Positions 10,238-20,017 of a DNA stretch of 64,000 nucleotides are shown piece after piece. Position 1 is the stretch's first letter. Every line of letters begins with the position of its first letter. Origin of the DNA: Alphaproteobacteria bacterium (GTDB taxonomy: Bacteria; Pseudomonadota; Alphaproteobacteria; MPNO01; UBA830); NCBI GenBank assembly GCA_964291215.2, contig OZ219791.1:224001-288000 (forward strand). The letters are read 5' to 3'. Made by a program: the position numbers and the translations under genes. Under the pieces are notes generated by a model. The model saw only the letters and a program-made list of their open reading frames with translations, ran no database searches and had not been told where the DNA came from.

Positions 10238-11245
10238 GTGCGCGCAGTTGTCCTGCATGAACATGGCGATATCGAAAACCTAGTCTACCACGCGGATTAT
10301 GACGATCCCGAGTGTGGCGACGACCAAGTCGTCGTGCGCGTCAGGGCGACGTCGCTGAACTATCACGACATCTTCACCACCAGAGGCATGCCGGGCATCA
10401 AGGTGCCGCTTCCGATCATCATCGGCCTCGACATCGCCGGCGAGATCGCGGAAATCGGATCGAACGTCGAGGGCTGGAAGATCGGCGACGACGTGCTGAT
10501 CAACCCGCTCGACCCGATCACTCCCGAAAAGGGCCTGATGGGCGAAATGATCGACGGCGGCACCGCCGAATACTGCGCCATCGATGCCACCCGCCTGATC
10601 GCGATTCCGGAGGGGTGCTCCCACGCCCAGGCAGCGGCGCTTCCCGTCGCCTACGGCACAGCCCATCGCATGATGATTACCAACGGCGGCATGGCCGGCG
10701 GCGAAAAAGTCCTGATTCTCGGCGCCTCCGGCGGCGTGGGTTCGTGCTGCGTCCTGCTGGCGAAGATGATGGGATGCGAGGTCGTTGCCGCCGGATCCAG
10801 TCCGGAGAAGCTCGAGGCCCTGAAGAAGTGGGGCGCCGACGAGGTGATCGGCTACGAGGATTTCGAGAAGACGATATACGGACTCTACGGCAAGCCCCAC
10901 CGCCGCAAGCACGAGGGCGGCGTCGATGTGGTCATAAACTTTACCGGCGGCGACACCTGGGTTCCGTCTCTCAAGGCAACCAAGCGCGGCGGCAAGATCC
11001 TGACCTGCGGCGCGACGGCGGGCTACAACCCAGCCGAGGACCTGCGCTACGTCTGGACCTTCGAGCTCAAGATTCTCGGTTCGAACTCCTGGACGATCGA
11101 GGACCTCGAGACGCTGATGCGCCTGATTTCCGAGGATCGGCTCAGCCCGGTCATCGACGAGGTGTATCCGCTGGAACAAACGGCCGAGGGGGTGCGCCGC
11201 CTGCGCGACCGCGAGGTCATCGGAAAGATCATCATTACGCCCTGA
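10238..11245 (+). CDS. Medium-chain (zinc-binding family) dehydrogenase/quinone oxidoreductase
   Basis: Motifs SLNYHD, GLDIAG and LILGASGGVG. GTG start. Confidence 0.9.
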   Translation: MRAVVLHEHGDIENLVYHADYDDPECGDDQVVVRVRATSLNYHDIFTTRGMPGIKVPLPIIIGLDIAGEIAEIGSNVEGWKIGDDVLINPLDPITPEKGLMGEMIDGGTAEYCAIDATRLIAIPEGCSHAQAAALPVAYGTAHRMMITNGGMAGGEKVLILGASGGVGSCCVLLAKMMGCEVVAAGSSPEKLEALKKWGADEVIGYEDFEKTIYGLYGKPHRRKHEGGVDVVINFTGGDTWVPSLKATKRGGKILTCGATAGYNPAEDLRYVWTFELKILGSNSWTIEDLETLMRLISEDRLSPVIDEVYPLEQTAEGVRRLRDREVIGKIIITP

Positions 11246-11273
11246 CGCCGTTCATTCCCGGGGCAGATTGGCC

Positions 11274-12806
11274 ATGAGACCGCCCGAGTCCGGAAATCTC
11301 GGAGACATCTTCGAGGAACATGCCGGATCCGACCGCATCGCGGTCATCGATCACTACGATCCCGAAATGCCGCGGGAGTACAGCTTCCGCGAATTCGACG
11401 CGGCCTGCGACGCGGTCGCCAACGGCCTCCTCTATGCCGGCATCGAGCCGGGCGACCGGATCGGCATCCTCGCCCTCAACCGGATCGAGTTCCTCCAGGT
11501 CCTCTTCGGCGCGATGCGGGCCGGCTGCGTGCCGGTGATGGTCAATCTCAAGCTGCCAGACAACACAGTTCGTTACATCATCCGTGACGCGTCGATGAAG
11601 GTGGTGTTTGCCGATCCCGACCAGGTCGGGCGCGTCCCGGAGGATGTCCGCGCCATATCCTTCGGCGACGGCGCAGACACGCTGAAGGACTTCGCGAAAC
11701 CGCTCGACGCAGCACACCCGTCATTCCTTCCCGACCCCGACGACATAGCCGAGCAGCCCTACACGTCGGGTTCGACCGGACGGCCCAAGGGCGTGCTCCT
11801 CGACCATGCGGGACAGGTCTGGATGCTCGGCAGGATCGTCGAGAGCCGGGATCTCGACGCCGGTGACTGTTCGATCATCTCGGCTCCGCTCTATCACAAG
11901 AACGCGCTGCTGGCGGTGAAGTCCGCGCTCGCCGCGGGCGGGCGCATCGTCCTCTTCTCGCGCTTCGACGCCCGGGCGTATATCCGCGCCATAGAGCGCT
12001 ACCGCCTGACCATGCTGACAGGCGTGCCGACGATGTACGCCCTGATCCTGCAGGAACAGGACCTTCTCGCAAAAACGGACCTGTCGTCGGTACGCAACTG
12101 CTCGATGGGATCGGCGCCGGCCTCGGACAATCTTCTCGATTCGCTGGCGGCGCAGTTTCCGGACGCAAAGCTCAACCTCAACTACGGCATCACGGAAGGC
12201 GGCCCCATCCTCTTCGCCTGGACTCACCCCGAGGGCATTCCGCGCCCGCGAACCTCGGTCGGCTACCCCATCGACGGCGTCGAGGTCCGACTCGACGGCG
12301 GGCGCGGCGCCGACCACGGCGTGCTCCATGTTCGCAGTCCCGGGGTCATGGCGGGATATCACGGCCTGCCCGAGGAGACGGCCGCGGTGCTCACGAAGGA
12401 CGGGTGGCTGGATACCGGCGACATTCTCAGGCGCGACGGCGACGGCTGGTACTATTTTGTAGGCCGTGCCGACGACATGTTCGTCTGCGCCGGAGAGAAC
12501 ATCCATCCGGGCGAGGTCGAAGCCATGCTCGAGCGCCACGAGGATGTGCTGCAGGCGGTTGTCGTACCGGCGCCCGACGAACTCAAGGCGCATGTGCCCT
12601 ACGCCTGGATCGTGCCCCGTGACGGCGCGTCGATCGACGAGGACGCGGTCAAGCGCTATGCGCTCGACAACGGCCCGGCCTACGCGCACCCCCGCCGGGT
12701 GTTTCTCGTCGAGTTCCTGCCGCTTGCGGGAACCAACAAGATCGACCGGCGCATGCTGAAAGGCCAGGCCGCAGCTGCAGCGCGCGGCGGATCCGCGGGC
12801 GGATGA
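11274..12806 (+). CDS. Class I adenylate-forming enzyme (acyl-CoA synthetase)
   Basis: Motifs YTSGSTGRPKGV, YGITEG, WLDTGD and GRADD. Confidence 0.92.
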   Translation: MRPPESGNLGDIFEEHAGSDRIAVIDHYDPEMPREYSFREFDAACDAVANGLLYAGIEPGDRIGILALNRIEFLQVLFGAMRAGCVPVMVNLKLPDNTVRYIIRDASMKVVFADPDQVGRVPEDVRAISFGDGADTLKDFAKPLDAAHPSFLPDPDDIAEQPYTSGSTGRPKGVLLDHAGQVWMLGRIVESRDLDAGDCSIISAPLYHKNALLAVKSALAAGGRIVLFSRFDARAYIRAIERYRLTMLTGVPTMYALILQEQDLLAKTDLSSVRNCSMGSAPASDNLLDSLAAQFPDAKLNLNYGITEGGPILFAWTHPEGIPRPRTSVGYPIDGVEVRLDGGRGADHGVLHVRSPGVMAGYHGLPEETAAVLTKDGWLDTGDILRRDGDGWYYFVGRADDMFVCAGENIHPGEVEAMLERHEDVLQAVVVPAPDELKAHVPYAWIVPRDGASIDEDAVKRYALDNGPAYAHPRRVFLVEFLPLAGTNKIDRRMLKGQAAAAARGGSAGG

Positions 12807-12849
12807 CACGGACAGTCGCGGCGCTTGCTGCCGGCGCGCGATAACAGCC

Positions 12850-13951
12850 ATGCGTCTTGGCTTCTTCATCCAGCACGTGCACCCGCCCGCGAAGGACTAC
12901 CGTCAGGTCCTGCGCGAGGATCGCGGGGCCGTTCTGCTGGCCGACCGCCTGGGATACCGCGAAGCCTTCATCGGCGAGCACATCACCGACCGGGCCGAAC
13001 CGATCACATCCAATCTGATATTCATCGCCTCGCCGGCCCACGATGCCCGGCGGATCGCCTTCGGGACCGCGGCCGTCACCCTGCCGTCCTATCATCCGGC
13101 GATGGTGGCGGCGCACATCGCCATGGTCGACCACCTCGTTGACGGGCACCTTATCTTGGGGATCAGCCCGGGCGGATTGCTGTCGGATATCGAGATGTTC
13201 GGGAATCTCGACATCGGCAGCAACCTGAAGATGCTGTAGTCGATGGACAGGATCCTCTCCATATCGTCCGGCAGGCCGCCCTACGAGCTCCACAACGAGC
13301 ACTGGACGGTGTCGACAGCGCCAACGCGCGACGAAGCAATCGGACAAGGCATCGTTTCGGTGCCGCTGCGGAAGCCGCATCCCCCGGTCGTCGTCACGTC
13401 GGTCACGCAGCACTCGACGGGCCTGACCGCCGCGGCAGCGCGCGGCGGAGACCTCATAAGTTCGAACTACGTGCAGCCGCATTCGGTCGCGACCAACCTG
13501 CCAAGATATCTCGACGGCCTCCGCCAGAACGGACAACTCCTCAACGCGAGCGGCAAGCGGATCGCAAAATCGATCTTCATCAACGAGGATGGCAGGAAAG
13601 CCGATGCCTATGCCAAGACATCGGACGGACCGCACGGATTCTATTTCCCGAATATCATGCGGAAAGTCATCGACAACGGACAGCCCGAGGCGTTCCGTGC
13701 CTGGCCGGACGAGACCGACGATCGGATCACGCTGGAGCAATCCCTCGCCACCCAGGTGATCGCCGGAGAGGTGAGTTCCGTGGTCGACCAGATCCTCGCA
13801 TTTCGTGAACTGGTGGGAGAGTTCGGGACGCTCCTCTATACCGGGCATGACTGGATAGATCTGGACCTCGACCGCCGTTCGATGGAACTGGTGGCACGGG
13901 GAGGTGCTGCCGCGGGTCAACGAAGCTCTCGGCAAAGACGATGGCGCCTGA
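12850..13951 (+). pseudogene. LLM class flavin-dependent monooxygenase pseudogene
   Basis: Luciferase-like motifs GEH and HPAMVAA..AMVDH. In-frame TAG at 13237-13239 and a +1 G near 13900; otherwise colinear. Confidence 0.88.
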
Positions 13952-14909
13952 GACCCTCATCGCCCGACTGACGCCGCCGGCGCTCCTGGCCGGACCGCTG
14001 GCCATCTTGTGCTGGGCTGGCAGTATCGTCGTGGTGCGCGATGTCGCTGGCGTCGTCCCACCCGTCGCCCTGTCGTTTTTCCGGTGCATTGTCGCACTCA
14101 TTATCCTCTACCCGCTGTGCCACCGGCTGCTGCGCGTCCAGTGGCCGCTCATTCGCGCGCACTGGAAACTCATCGCCTTTCTCGGCTCGCTCCTGTTCAT
14201 CGGCGGGAACGGCATGCTTTTCGTCGGACTCCAGTTCACGACGGCGATCAACGGCGCACTGATCAATTCTGCCGAGCCGGTCGTCATCATCGCCTGCGCA
14301 TGGCTGATGTTCCGCGACCGCCTGACCGTCGTCCAGTGGGTGGGGGTGGCGCTTTCGATGGTCGGCGTCCTTTACCTGATTGTCCGCGGCACGCCGGCGA
14401 GCCTGCTGTCGCTTCGCCTCAATCTCGGCGACCTTTTCATCCTGGTGTCAGTCGTGGCCTGGTCCTTCTATGCGGTATTACTGCGACGCGTGCCAAGGGA
14501 ACTCAGCCGCCTCAACCTGGTCTTCGGAATTCTGGCCGCAGGCGCGGTTTCCGTGTTTCCCTTTTGGCTCCTGGAGCATTTCTTCATCGCGCCAGCCCCA
14601 ATAATCTGGGAAACAGTCTGGTCAGTCGCCTTCAACGCAGTATTCGCTTCGATCCTTGCCGTGTTCTGGTGGAATCACACGATCGAGCAACTCGGCCCCG
14701 GCCGGGCCGGCCTTTTCGTTCACCTCATACCCGTCTATACTGTATTTCTCGCAATGGGCTTCCTCGGTGAGACCCTGTTCTGGTTCCACATCGTGGGACT
14801 CGGGCTGATCGGGGCGGGCATCTATCTCACAACGATGCTGAAGACAGGAAAAGCGGGACCGCGCCGCCGCTCGTTCTCCTTCTCGAGATCCTTCAGACGA
14901 CGAAGCTGA
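13941..14909 (+). CDS. DMT/EamA family transporter; C-terminus runs into an IS3 fragment
   Basis: About ten TM segments with GLQFTTAINGALI and GDLFIL. The tail RRRSFSFSRSFRRRS is antisense IS3. Confidence 0.88.
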   Translation: MAPETLIARLTPPALLAGPLAILCWAGSIVVVRDVAGVVPPVALSFFRCIVALIILYPLCHRLLRVQWPLIRAHWKLIAFLGSLLFIGGNGMLFVGLQFTTAINGALINSAEPVVIIACAWLMFRDRLTVVQWVGVALSMVGVLYLIVRGTPASLLSLRLNLGDLFILVSVVAWSFYAVLLRRVPRELSRLNLVFGILAAGAVSVFPFWLLEHFFIAPAPIIWETVWSVAFNAVFASILAVFWWNHTIEQLGPGRAGLFVHLIPVYTVFLAMGFLGETLFWFHIVGLGLIGAGIYLTTMLKTGKAGPRRRSFSFSRSFRRRS

Positions 14910-15129
14910 TCGCCGCTCATCTCGGCATACTCCTTGCGCCACCGGTAGAAGGTGACCTCGCTGATTCCGAGCTGTCGGATCGCGTCCGCCATCGACATGC
15001 CCTGCCCGTGCAGGACTTCCGCCTGCCGCAGCAAACTCACGATCTCCTCGGGCTTGTAACGCTTCCTTGCCATCGTCGGTCCTCCTCTTTCCATAATCTG
15101 AGGGTGGACCACTTCAACGGGGAAGATCA
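14865..15129 (-). mobile_element. IS3 family left end plus truncated orfA
   Basis: Left end TGATCTTCCCC... and MARKRYKPEEIVSLLRQAEV...EVTFYRWRKEY...LKDLEKENER. Confidence 0.88.
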
Positions 15130-15470
15130 GTTTCATCGGCATGGCGCAGCCCCGCCTCGTTCCGGTGCGCGAGGATCGCGTCCCGAAGCGGCTCGAACAG
15201 GGGCAGCATCCGGCTCGTGGAGCTGGCCAGTGTTCCCCCGGCGAAAGCCCCTGGTCGGTCAGCCAGCCCGCGACGCGGCGCAAGGGCCGCATGCACGCAA
15301 ACCGCTCGTGCAGCACATGCGTCCACACCCGAGTGCGGTGCCGGAAAACAGCCGCGGCGCCGCGCGGGCGGACAATCCGCCGCTTGTGCGCCTTGATCTC
15401 GATGATCCCCGATTCATACGAACCGTTGGCAACGTAGGGTGCCGCAGTACGAGCAGATGCGCGCGTCAAC
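15130..15470 (-). pseudogene. IS66 TnpC internal fragment
   Basis: Fragments ERFACMRPLRRVAGWL and LPLFEPLRDAILAH...LRHADET, frameshifted. Confidence 0.7.
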
Positions 15471-15601
15471 GCTGCGCGCAGACCGGTTTTCGGATAGACT
15501 GATCATCTTGCGCAACGGGAACGCGGCACCAGCGCGGCCGGCAGCAGCCTAGCGCGGACACGCGCCCTCACGGCGACCGCATCCTTTTCCCGGGAGAACC
15601 C

Positions 15602-16474
15602 ATGAAACCAAGACGGTACGGACCTTTCCCCTACAGGCCGATCAACCGGCGTCCGGCCATTCGCTGGCCCGACGGCAATCATCTCGCGCTCTGGGTCATT
15701 CCCAACATCGAGACCTTCCCGCTCGACGAGCCGGTGCCCGGCGGGACCGGCGTTACCCCCGACATCATCAACTGGGCACCGCGCGACTACGGCGCGCGCG
15801 TCGGTATCTTCCGGATGATGGAGATCATGGAAGCCCGCGGGATCAGGGGCACCGCCGCGCTCAACAGCGAAGTGTGCGACGACTATCCCGAGATTGTCGA
15901 GGATGCACTCGGCCTCGAATGGGAATTCATGGGCCACAACCAGTCCAACAGCCGCTATCTGCATATCCTCGAAGATGCCGAGGGACGCCGGCTCGTGGCC
16001 GACTCCCTCGACCGGATCGAACGGGCGACCGGGCGCAGGCCGCGCGGCTGGCTGGGTTCCGGCCTCCAGGAAAACTGGACGACGCTCGACGCGCTGATCG
16101 AGAATCGCTGCGCCTATGTCGCCGACTGGGTGAACGACGACCAGCCCTATGTCATGCAACTCGACGGCGGCACCATCTGCTCGATCCCGTATTCTACCGA
16201 GATCAACGACTTGCCGCAGATCTGGCGAAACGGCAAGTCCGCGGATGAGTTCGCCGACATGATCTGCCGGCAATTCGACACGCTGTACCGTGAGAGCGTC
16301 GAGAGCGGTTCGGGCCGCGTGATGGCCATCTGCCTGCATCCGTTCGTGATCGGCGTGCCGCACCGGATCGGCGCGTTCGACCGGGCGCTGGGCCATATCT
16401 GCGGACATGACGGCGTCTGGAAGGCGACCGGATCCGAGATCGTCGATCACTATCTCGCGGGAGAAACCTTCTGA
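15602..16474 (+). CDS. Polysaccharide deacetylase family protein (PuuE-like)
   Basis: Motifs RDYGARVG, EFMGH, RPRGWLG, DDQPY and LHPFVIGVPHRI. Confidence 0.9.
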   Translation: MKPRRYGPFPYRPINRRPAIRWPDGNHLALWVIPNIETFPLDEPVPGGTGVTPDIINWAPRDYGARVGIFRMMEIMEARGIRGTAALNSEVCDDYPEIVEDALGLEWEFMGHNQSNSRYLHILEDAEGRRLVADSLDRIERATGRRPRGWLGSGLQENWTTLDALIENRCAYVADWVNDDQPYVMQLDGGTICSIPYSTEINDLPQIWRNGKSADEFADMICRQFDTLYRESVESGSGRVMAICLHPFVIGVPHRIGAFDRALGHICGHDGVWKATGSEIVDHYLAGETF

Positions 16475-17583
16475 CCACCGGTTTCCGGCCGCTGTGGGCG
16501 CTGGGCCTCATGAGCGGCACCTCGATGGACGGCATCGACGCGGCGATCATCCGCACCGACGGAGAAACGGTCTCGGACTTCGGCCCCGCGCGAACCTTCC
16601 CGTACGATGACGATCTGCGCGAGGCGATACGGGCCGCGCTCGGAAACCCGGATCCCGGCGCGGACCTCGTCCGCCGGCTGACCGACCGCCATGCCGATGC
16701 CATCCGCGATCTGCTAGCTCGGCCGGAGGGTCCGGACGGACGGATATCGGTGGTCGGGATGCACGGGCACACGATCCATCATGCGCCGAGCGAGGGCGTG
16801 ACGGTCCAGGCCGGCGACGGCCCCAGGCTCGCCCGTGCGACGGGACTCGACGTGGTCCACGATTTCCGGAGCGCGGACGTGGCCGCCGGCGGACAGGGTG
16901 CGCCGCTGGCGCCGCTCTATCACAAGGCCCTCTGCCAGGGCCTCGACGGCCCGCTCGCCGTGCTCAATCTCGGCGGCATCGCAAACGTCACCTGGATCGG
17001 TTCCGGCGCCGATCCGGTCGCGTTCGACACCGGACCGGGAAACGCCCTGCTCGACGACTGGATTGCGGCAACGACGGAGCAGCCCTTCGACCGCGACGGC
17101 GCGGTCAGCGCCGGCGGCGTCGCGGATCCGGAGATCGTTGCCGACCTTCTCGGCAACGAGTTCTTCCGCCGTCCTCCCCCGAAGTCTCTCGACCGGCTGG
17201 ATCTGGATATCGGCGGCGTTGCCGGTCTTGCACCCGGCGATGGCGCCGCGACGCTGGCGCGCCTGACCTGCGAGGCCGTGACCCTAGCCGCCACCCACCT
17301 GCCGGCGCCGCCGGCGCGGTGGCTGGTGACCGGCGGCGGGCGCAGGAACCCGACCCTGATGTGCGGACTGGCGGACTGCCTGCAGCAACCGGTTACGCCC
17401 GTCGAAGACGAGGGATGGGACGGCGACGCGCTGGAAGCGCAGGCATTCGCATTCCTCGCGGTGCGCACCCTGCGCGGGCTTCCGTTGAGCCTGCCGTCAA
17501 CGACGGGCGTGCCAGCACCGCAGACCGGCGGGGCCGTGGCGCTGGCGCCCCAGCACCGGCCCGGGAACAGGTTCTCCGCCTGA
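16471..17583 (+). CDS. anmK: Anhydro-N-acetylmuramic acid kinase (probable CTG start; first ATG at 16510)
   Basis: Motifs WALGLMSGTSMDGID, GGQGAPLAP, LNLGGIAN, FDTGPGN and EAQAFAFLA. Confidence 0.92.
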   Translation: MTTGFRPLWALGLMSGTSMDGIDAAIIRTDGETVSDFGPARTFPYDDDLREAIRAALGNPDPGADLVRRLTDRHADAIRDLLARPEGPDGRISVVGMHGHTIHHAPSEGVTVQAGDGPRLARATGLDVVHDFRSADVAAGGQGAPLAPLYHKALCQGLDGPLAVLNLGGIANVTWIGSGADPVAFDTGPGNALLDDWIAATTEQPFDRDGAVSAGGVADPEIVADLLGNEFFRRPPPKSLDRLDLDIGGVAGLAPGDGAATLARLTCEAVTLAATHLPAPPARWLVTGGGRRNPTLMCGLADCLQQPVTPVEDEGWDGDALEAQAFAFLAVRTLRGLPLSLPSTTGVPAPQTGGAVALAPQHRPGNRFSA

Positions 17584-18237
17584 CTATACGGGACTGACGC
17601 CGATGATGGCGGATTCGAGGTAATTGTCGAGTTCCTGCGCCAGTTCCGCCGTCCTGTCCTTGAAGAAGTGGTCGGCCCCCTCGAAGACACGGTAGTCGAT
17701 GGTGATGTCGCGCTGTTCGGAAAGCCGCTCCACCAGTTCATCGACCACCTCCATGGGAACAATCTGGTCCTCGGAGCCATGCACGAACAGCCCGGAAGAC
17801 GGGCATGGCGCGAGAAAGGAAAAGTCGTAGCGGTTTGCCGGCGGCGCCACGGCAACGAAACCGGTGATCTCGGGGCGGCGCATCACGAGCTCCATCGCGA
17901 TCCAGGCGCCGAAGGAAAAACCGCTGATCCAGCATTGCGGCGTTTCCGGATTGGACGTCTGCAGCCAGTCCAGCGCAAGCGCCGCATCGAGCAGGGCGTC
18001 GGCCTCGTTGCGATAGATTCCCTTGGACTTGCCGACGCCACGGAAGTTGAAACGCAGAACCGAAAACCCCTTGCGCGCGAAACACTGATAGATCTCGTAG
18101 ACGACCCGGTTGTTCATGGTTCCGCCATGTTGCGGATGCGGATGAAGAACCAGCGCAATCGGCGCGTTCTCCTCCTCGCTCGAAAAATAGCGGCCCTCAA
18201 TCTGGCCGTCGGGCCCGTTGAACGTCACTTCCGGCAT
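17584..18237 (-). CDS. Alpha/beta hydrolase (isc/suf-associated)
   Basis: MPEVTFNGPDGQIEGRY, LHPHPQHGGTMNN, FNFRGVG, GFSFG and GADHFF. Confidence 0.92.
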   Translation of the reverse strand: MPEVTFNGPDGQIEGRYFSSEEENAPIALVLHPHPQHGGTMNNRVVYEIYQCFARKGFSVLRFNFRGVGKSKGIYRNEADALLDAALALDWLQTSNPETPQCWISGFSFGAWIAMELVMRRPEITGFVAVAPPANRYDFSFLAPCPSSGLFVHGSEDQIVPMEVVDELVERLSEQRDITIDYRVFEGADHFFKDRTAELAQELDNYLESAIIGVSPV

Positions 18238-18519
18238 CCGGTCTTCCCCGTTTTCCCCGGCATCGGCACCGTCCCAGGCGGCATGGACCACTCCGCAGCG
18301 CCCTTCCGGGGCACATGACGGCAACTCGCCCGGTTTCCTGTTGCGTCCGATCCGTAAAGGCAGTTTACTCGAACTGTGCGAACCCGGATGACCCCTGCCG
18401 GCCCGCACATGCTCCCAATGCGGAGACAGAGAACCGGCCACCGTCGGGAAGCCGGACCTTATAGCACAATCGAAACCGCCTGTTCCAAGGAACCTAGTTT
18501 GCGGGCGGGGCGGCAAGAA

Positions 18520-19650
18520 ATGAATCGGCCCGTATATCTCGACTACAACGCCACGGCGAAGATCCGTCCCGAGGTCATCGATGTGCTCGCGGACGTGTTG
18601 CGCGAGACCGGAAACGCGTCTTCGGTGCACGCCGCCGGCCGCCGCGCCCGCAAGCATGTCGAGGACGCGCGGGAGAGCGTCGGGGCGCTGGTCGGTGCAA
18701 GACCGGACCAGATCGTGTTCACCAGCGGAGGCACCGAGGCCAACAATCAGGTCATGCGCGGATGCAACCCTGCGAAGACCCTCGTGAGCGCGATAGAACA
18801 CGCGGCCGTTCTCGAAGCCTGCCCCGGCGCAGTGCGGCTTCCTGTCGACAGCACCGGGATCGTGGACCTCACGGCCATGGAGGCCGCGTGCGCCGGGACG
18901 GGGCCCGAGTGGATCGCCCTTATGCTCGCCAACAACGAAACCGGTGTCATTCAGCCCGTGGCCGAGGCGGCGGCGATAGCGCATCGTTTCGGCGCGCGAA
19001 TCCATTGCGACGCAGTCCAGGCGGCAGGCAAGGTACCGGTGGACTTCAAAGCCCTGGGCGTCGATTCCATGGCCGTGGCCGCGCACAAGTTCGGCGGCCC
19101 CCAGGGTATCGGCGCACTGATCGTACGCGAACCGGACACGGCCAGTTGTCTGCTGCGCGGCGGCGGCCAGGAGCGGGGCCTCAGGGGCGGCACGGAAAAC
19201 GTGGCGCAGATCGCCGGTTTCGGCGCCGCCGCCCGGATGGCGGGCGAACAACTTTCGTCATACGCAGCGCTGGCCGGCATGCGCGACGGGCTTGAGCGGA
19301 GGCTTGCGGAAAATGCGCCCGGGTTCAGGGTCTTCGGCGCACGGGCGCCGCGCCTACCGAACACGTCCAAGGTCCTCATGCCCGGCGTTCCCGCCGAAAC
19401 CCAGGTCATCGCCTTCGACCTCGCCGGCATCGCGGTCAGCGCGGGGTCGGCCTGCTCGGCCGGCCGCGTCGAAGCACCCTACGTGCTCATGGCCATGGGC
19501 GTCCCCGACGACGAGGCCCGGTGCGCCCTGCGCATCAGTCTCGGCTGGGACTCCATTAACGGGGATATCGAGAGATTCGCCGCCGTCTGGCATGATGTAT
19601 GGGCAGCGATCGGGGCACCGCGAGGGCGCGAAAAGGGATTGATGGGCTGA
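18520..19650 (+). CDS. iscS: Cysteine desulfurase (IscS/NifS family)
   Basis: Motifs YLDYNAT, ANNETG, HCDAVQ, AHKFGGP and SAGSACS. Confidence 0.9.
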   Translation: MNRPVYLDYNATAKIRPEVIDVLADVLRETGNASSVHAAGRRARKHVEDARESVGALVGARPDQIVFTSGGTEANNQVMRGCNPAKTLVSAIEHAAVLEACPGAVRLPVDSTGIVDLTAMEAACAGTGPEWIALMLANNETGVIQPVAEAAAIAHRFGARIHCDAVQAAGKVPVDFKALGVDSMAVAAHKFGGPQGIGALIVREPDTASCLLRGGGQERGLRGGTENVAQIAGFGAAARMAGEQLSSYAALAGMRDGLERRLAENAPGFRVFGARAPRLPNTSKVLMPGVPAETQVIAFDLAGIAVSAGSACSAGRVEAPYVLMAMGVPDDEARCALRISLGWDSINGDIERFAAVWHDVWAAIGAPRGREKGLMG

Positions 19651-19976
19651 TGCCGAGAATTGTCTTCATTTCCGCGGACGGAGAACGGACCGAGACCGAC
19701 GCGACGGCAGGTACGACTGTACTGCAGCTTGCCTGGGACAGCGACGTGGACATCGAAGGCGCCTGCGAGGGATCGATGGCCTGCTCGACCTGCCACGTAA
19801 TCGTAGATCAGGCCTCGTTCGAACGCCTGCCCGGGCTGTCCGAGGAGGAAGAATACATTCTCGATCTTGCCTGGGGCGTACGCCCGACATCCCGCCTCGG
19901 CTGCCAGATCGTCGTCACCGACGAGTTCGACGGGATGGAGCTGACGCTTCCCGCCGAGACCAACAACCAGATGTGA
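19650..19976 (+). CDS. fdx: Adrenodoxin-type 2Fe-2S ferredoxin
   Basis: GACEGSMACSTCHV...SRLGCQ. Confidence 0.92.
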   Translation: MPRIVFISADGERTETDATAGTTVLQLAWDSDVDIEGACEGSMACSTCHVIVDQASFERLPGLSEEEEYILDLAWGVRPTSRLGCQIVVTDEFDGMELTLPAETNNQM

Positions 19977-20017
19977 CCACCGCTTATCGGTGGCCGGCCA
20001 CGCGGGAACCCGAAGAC

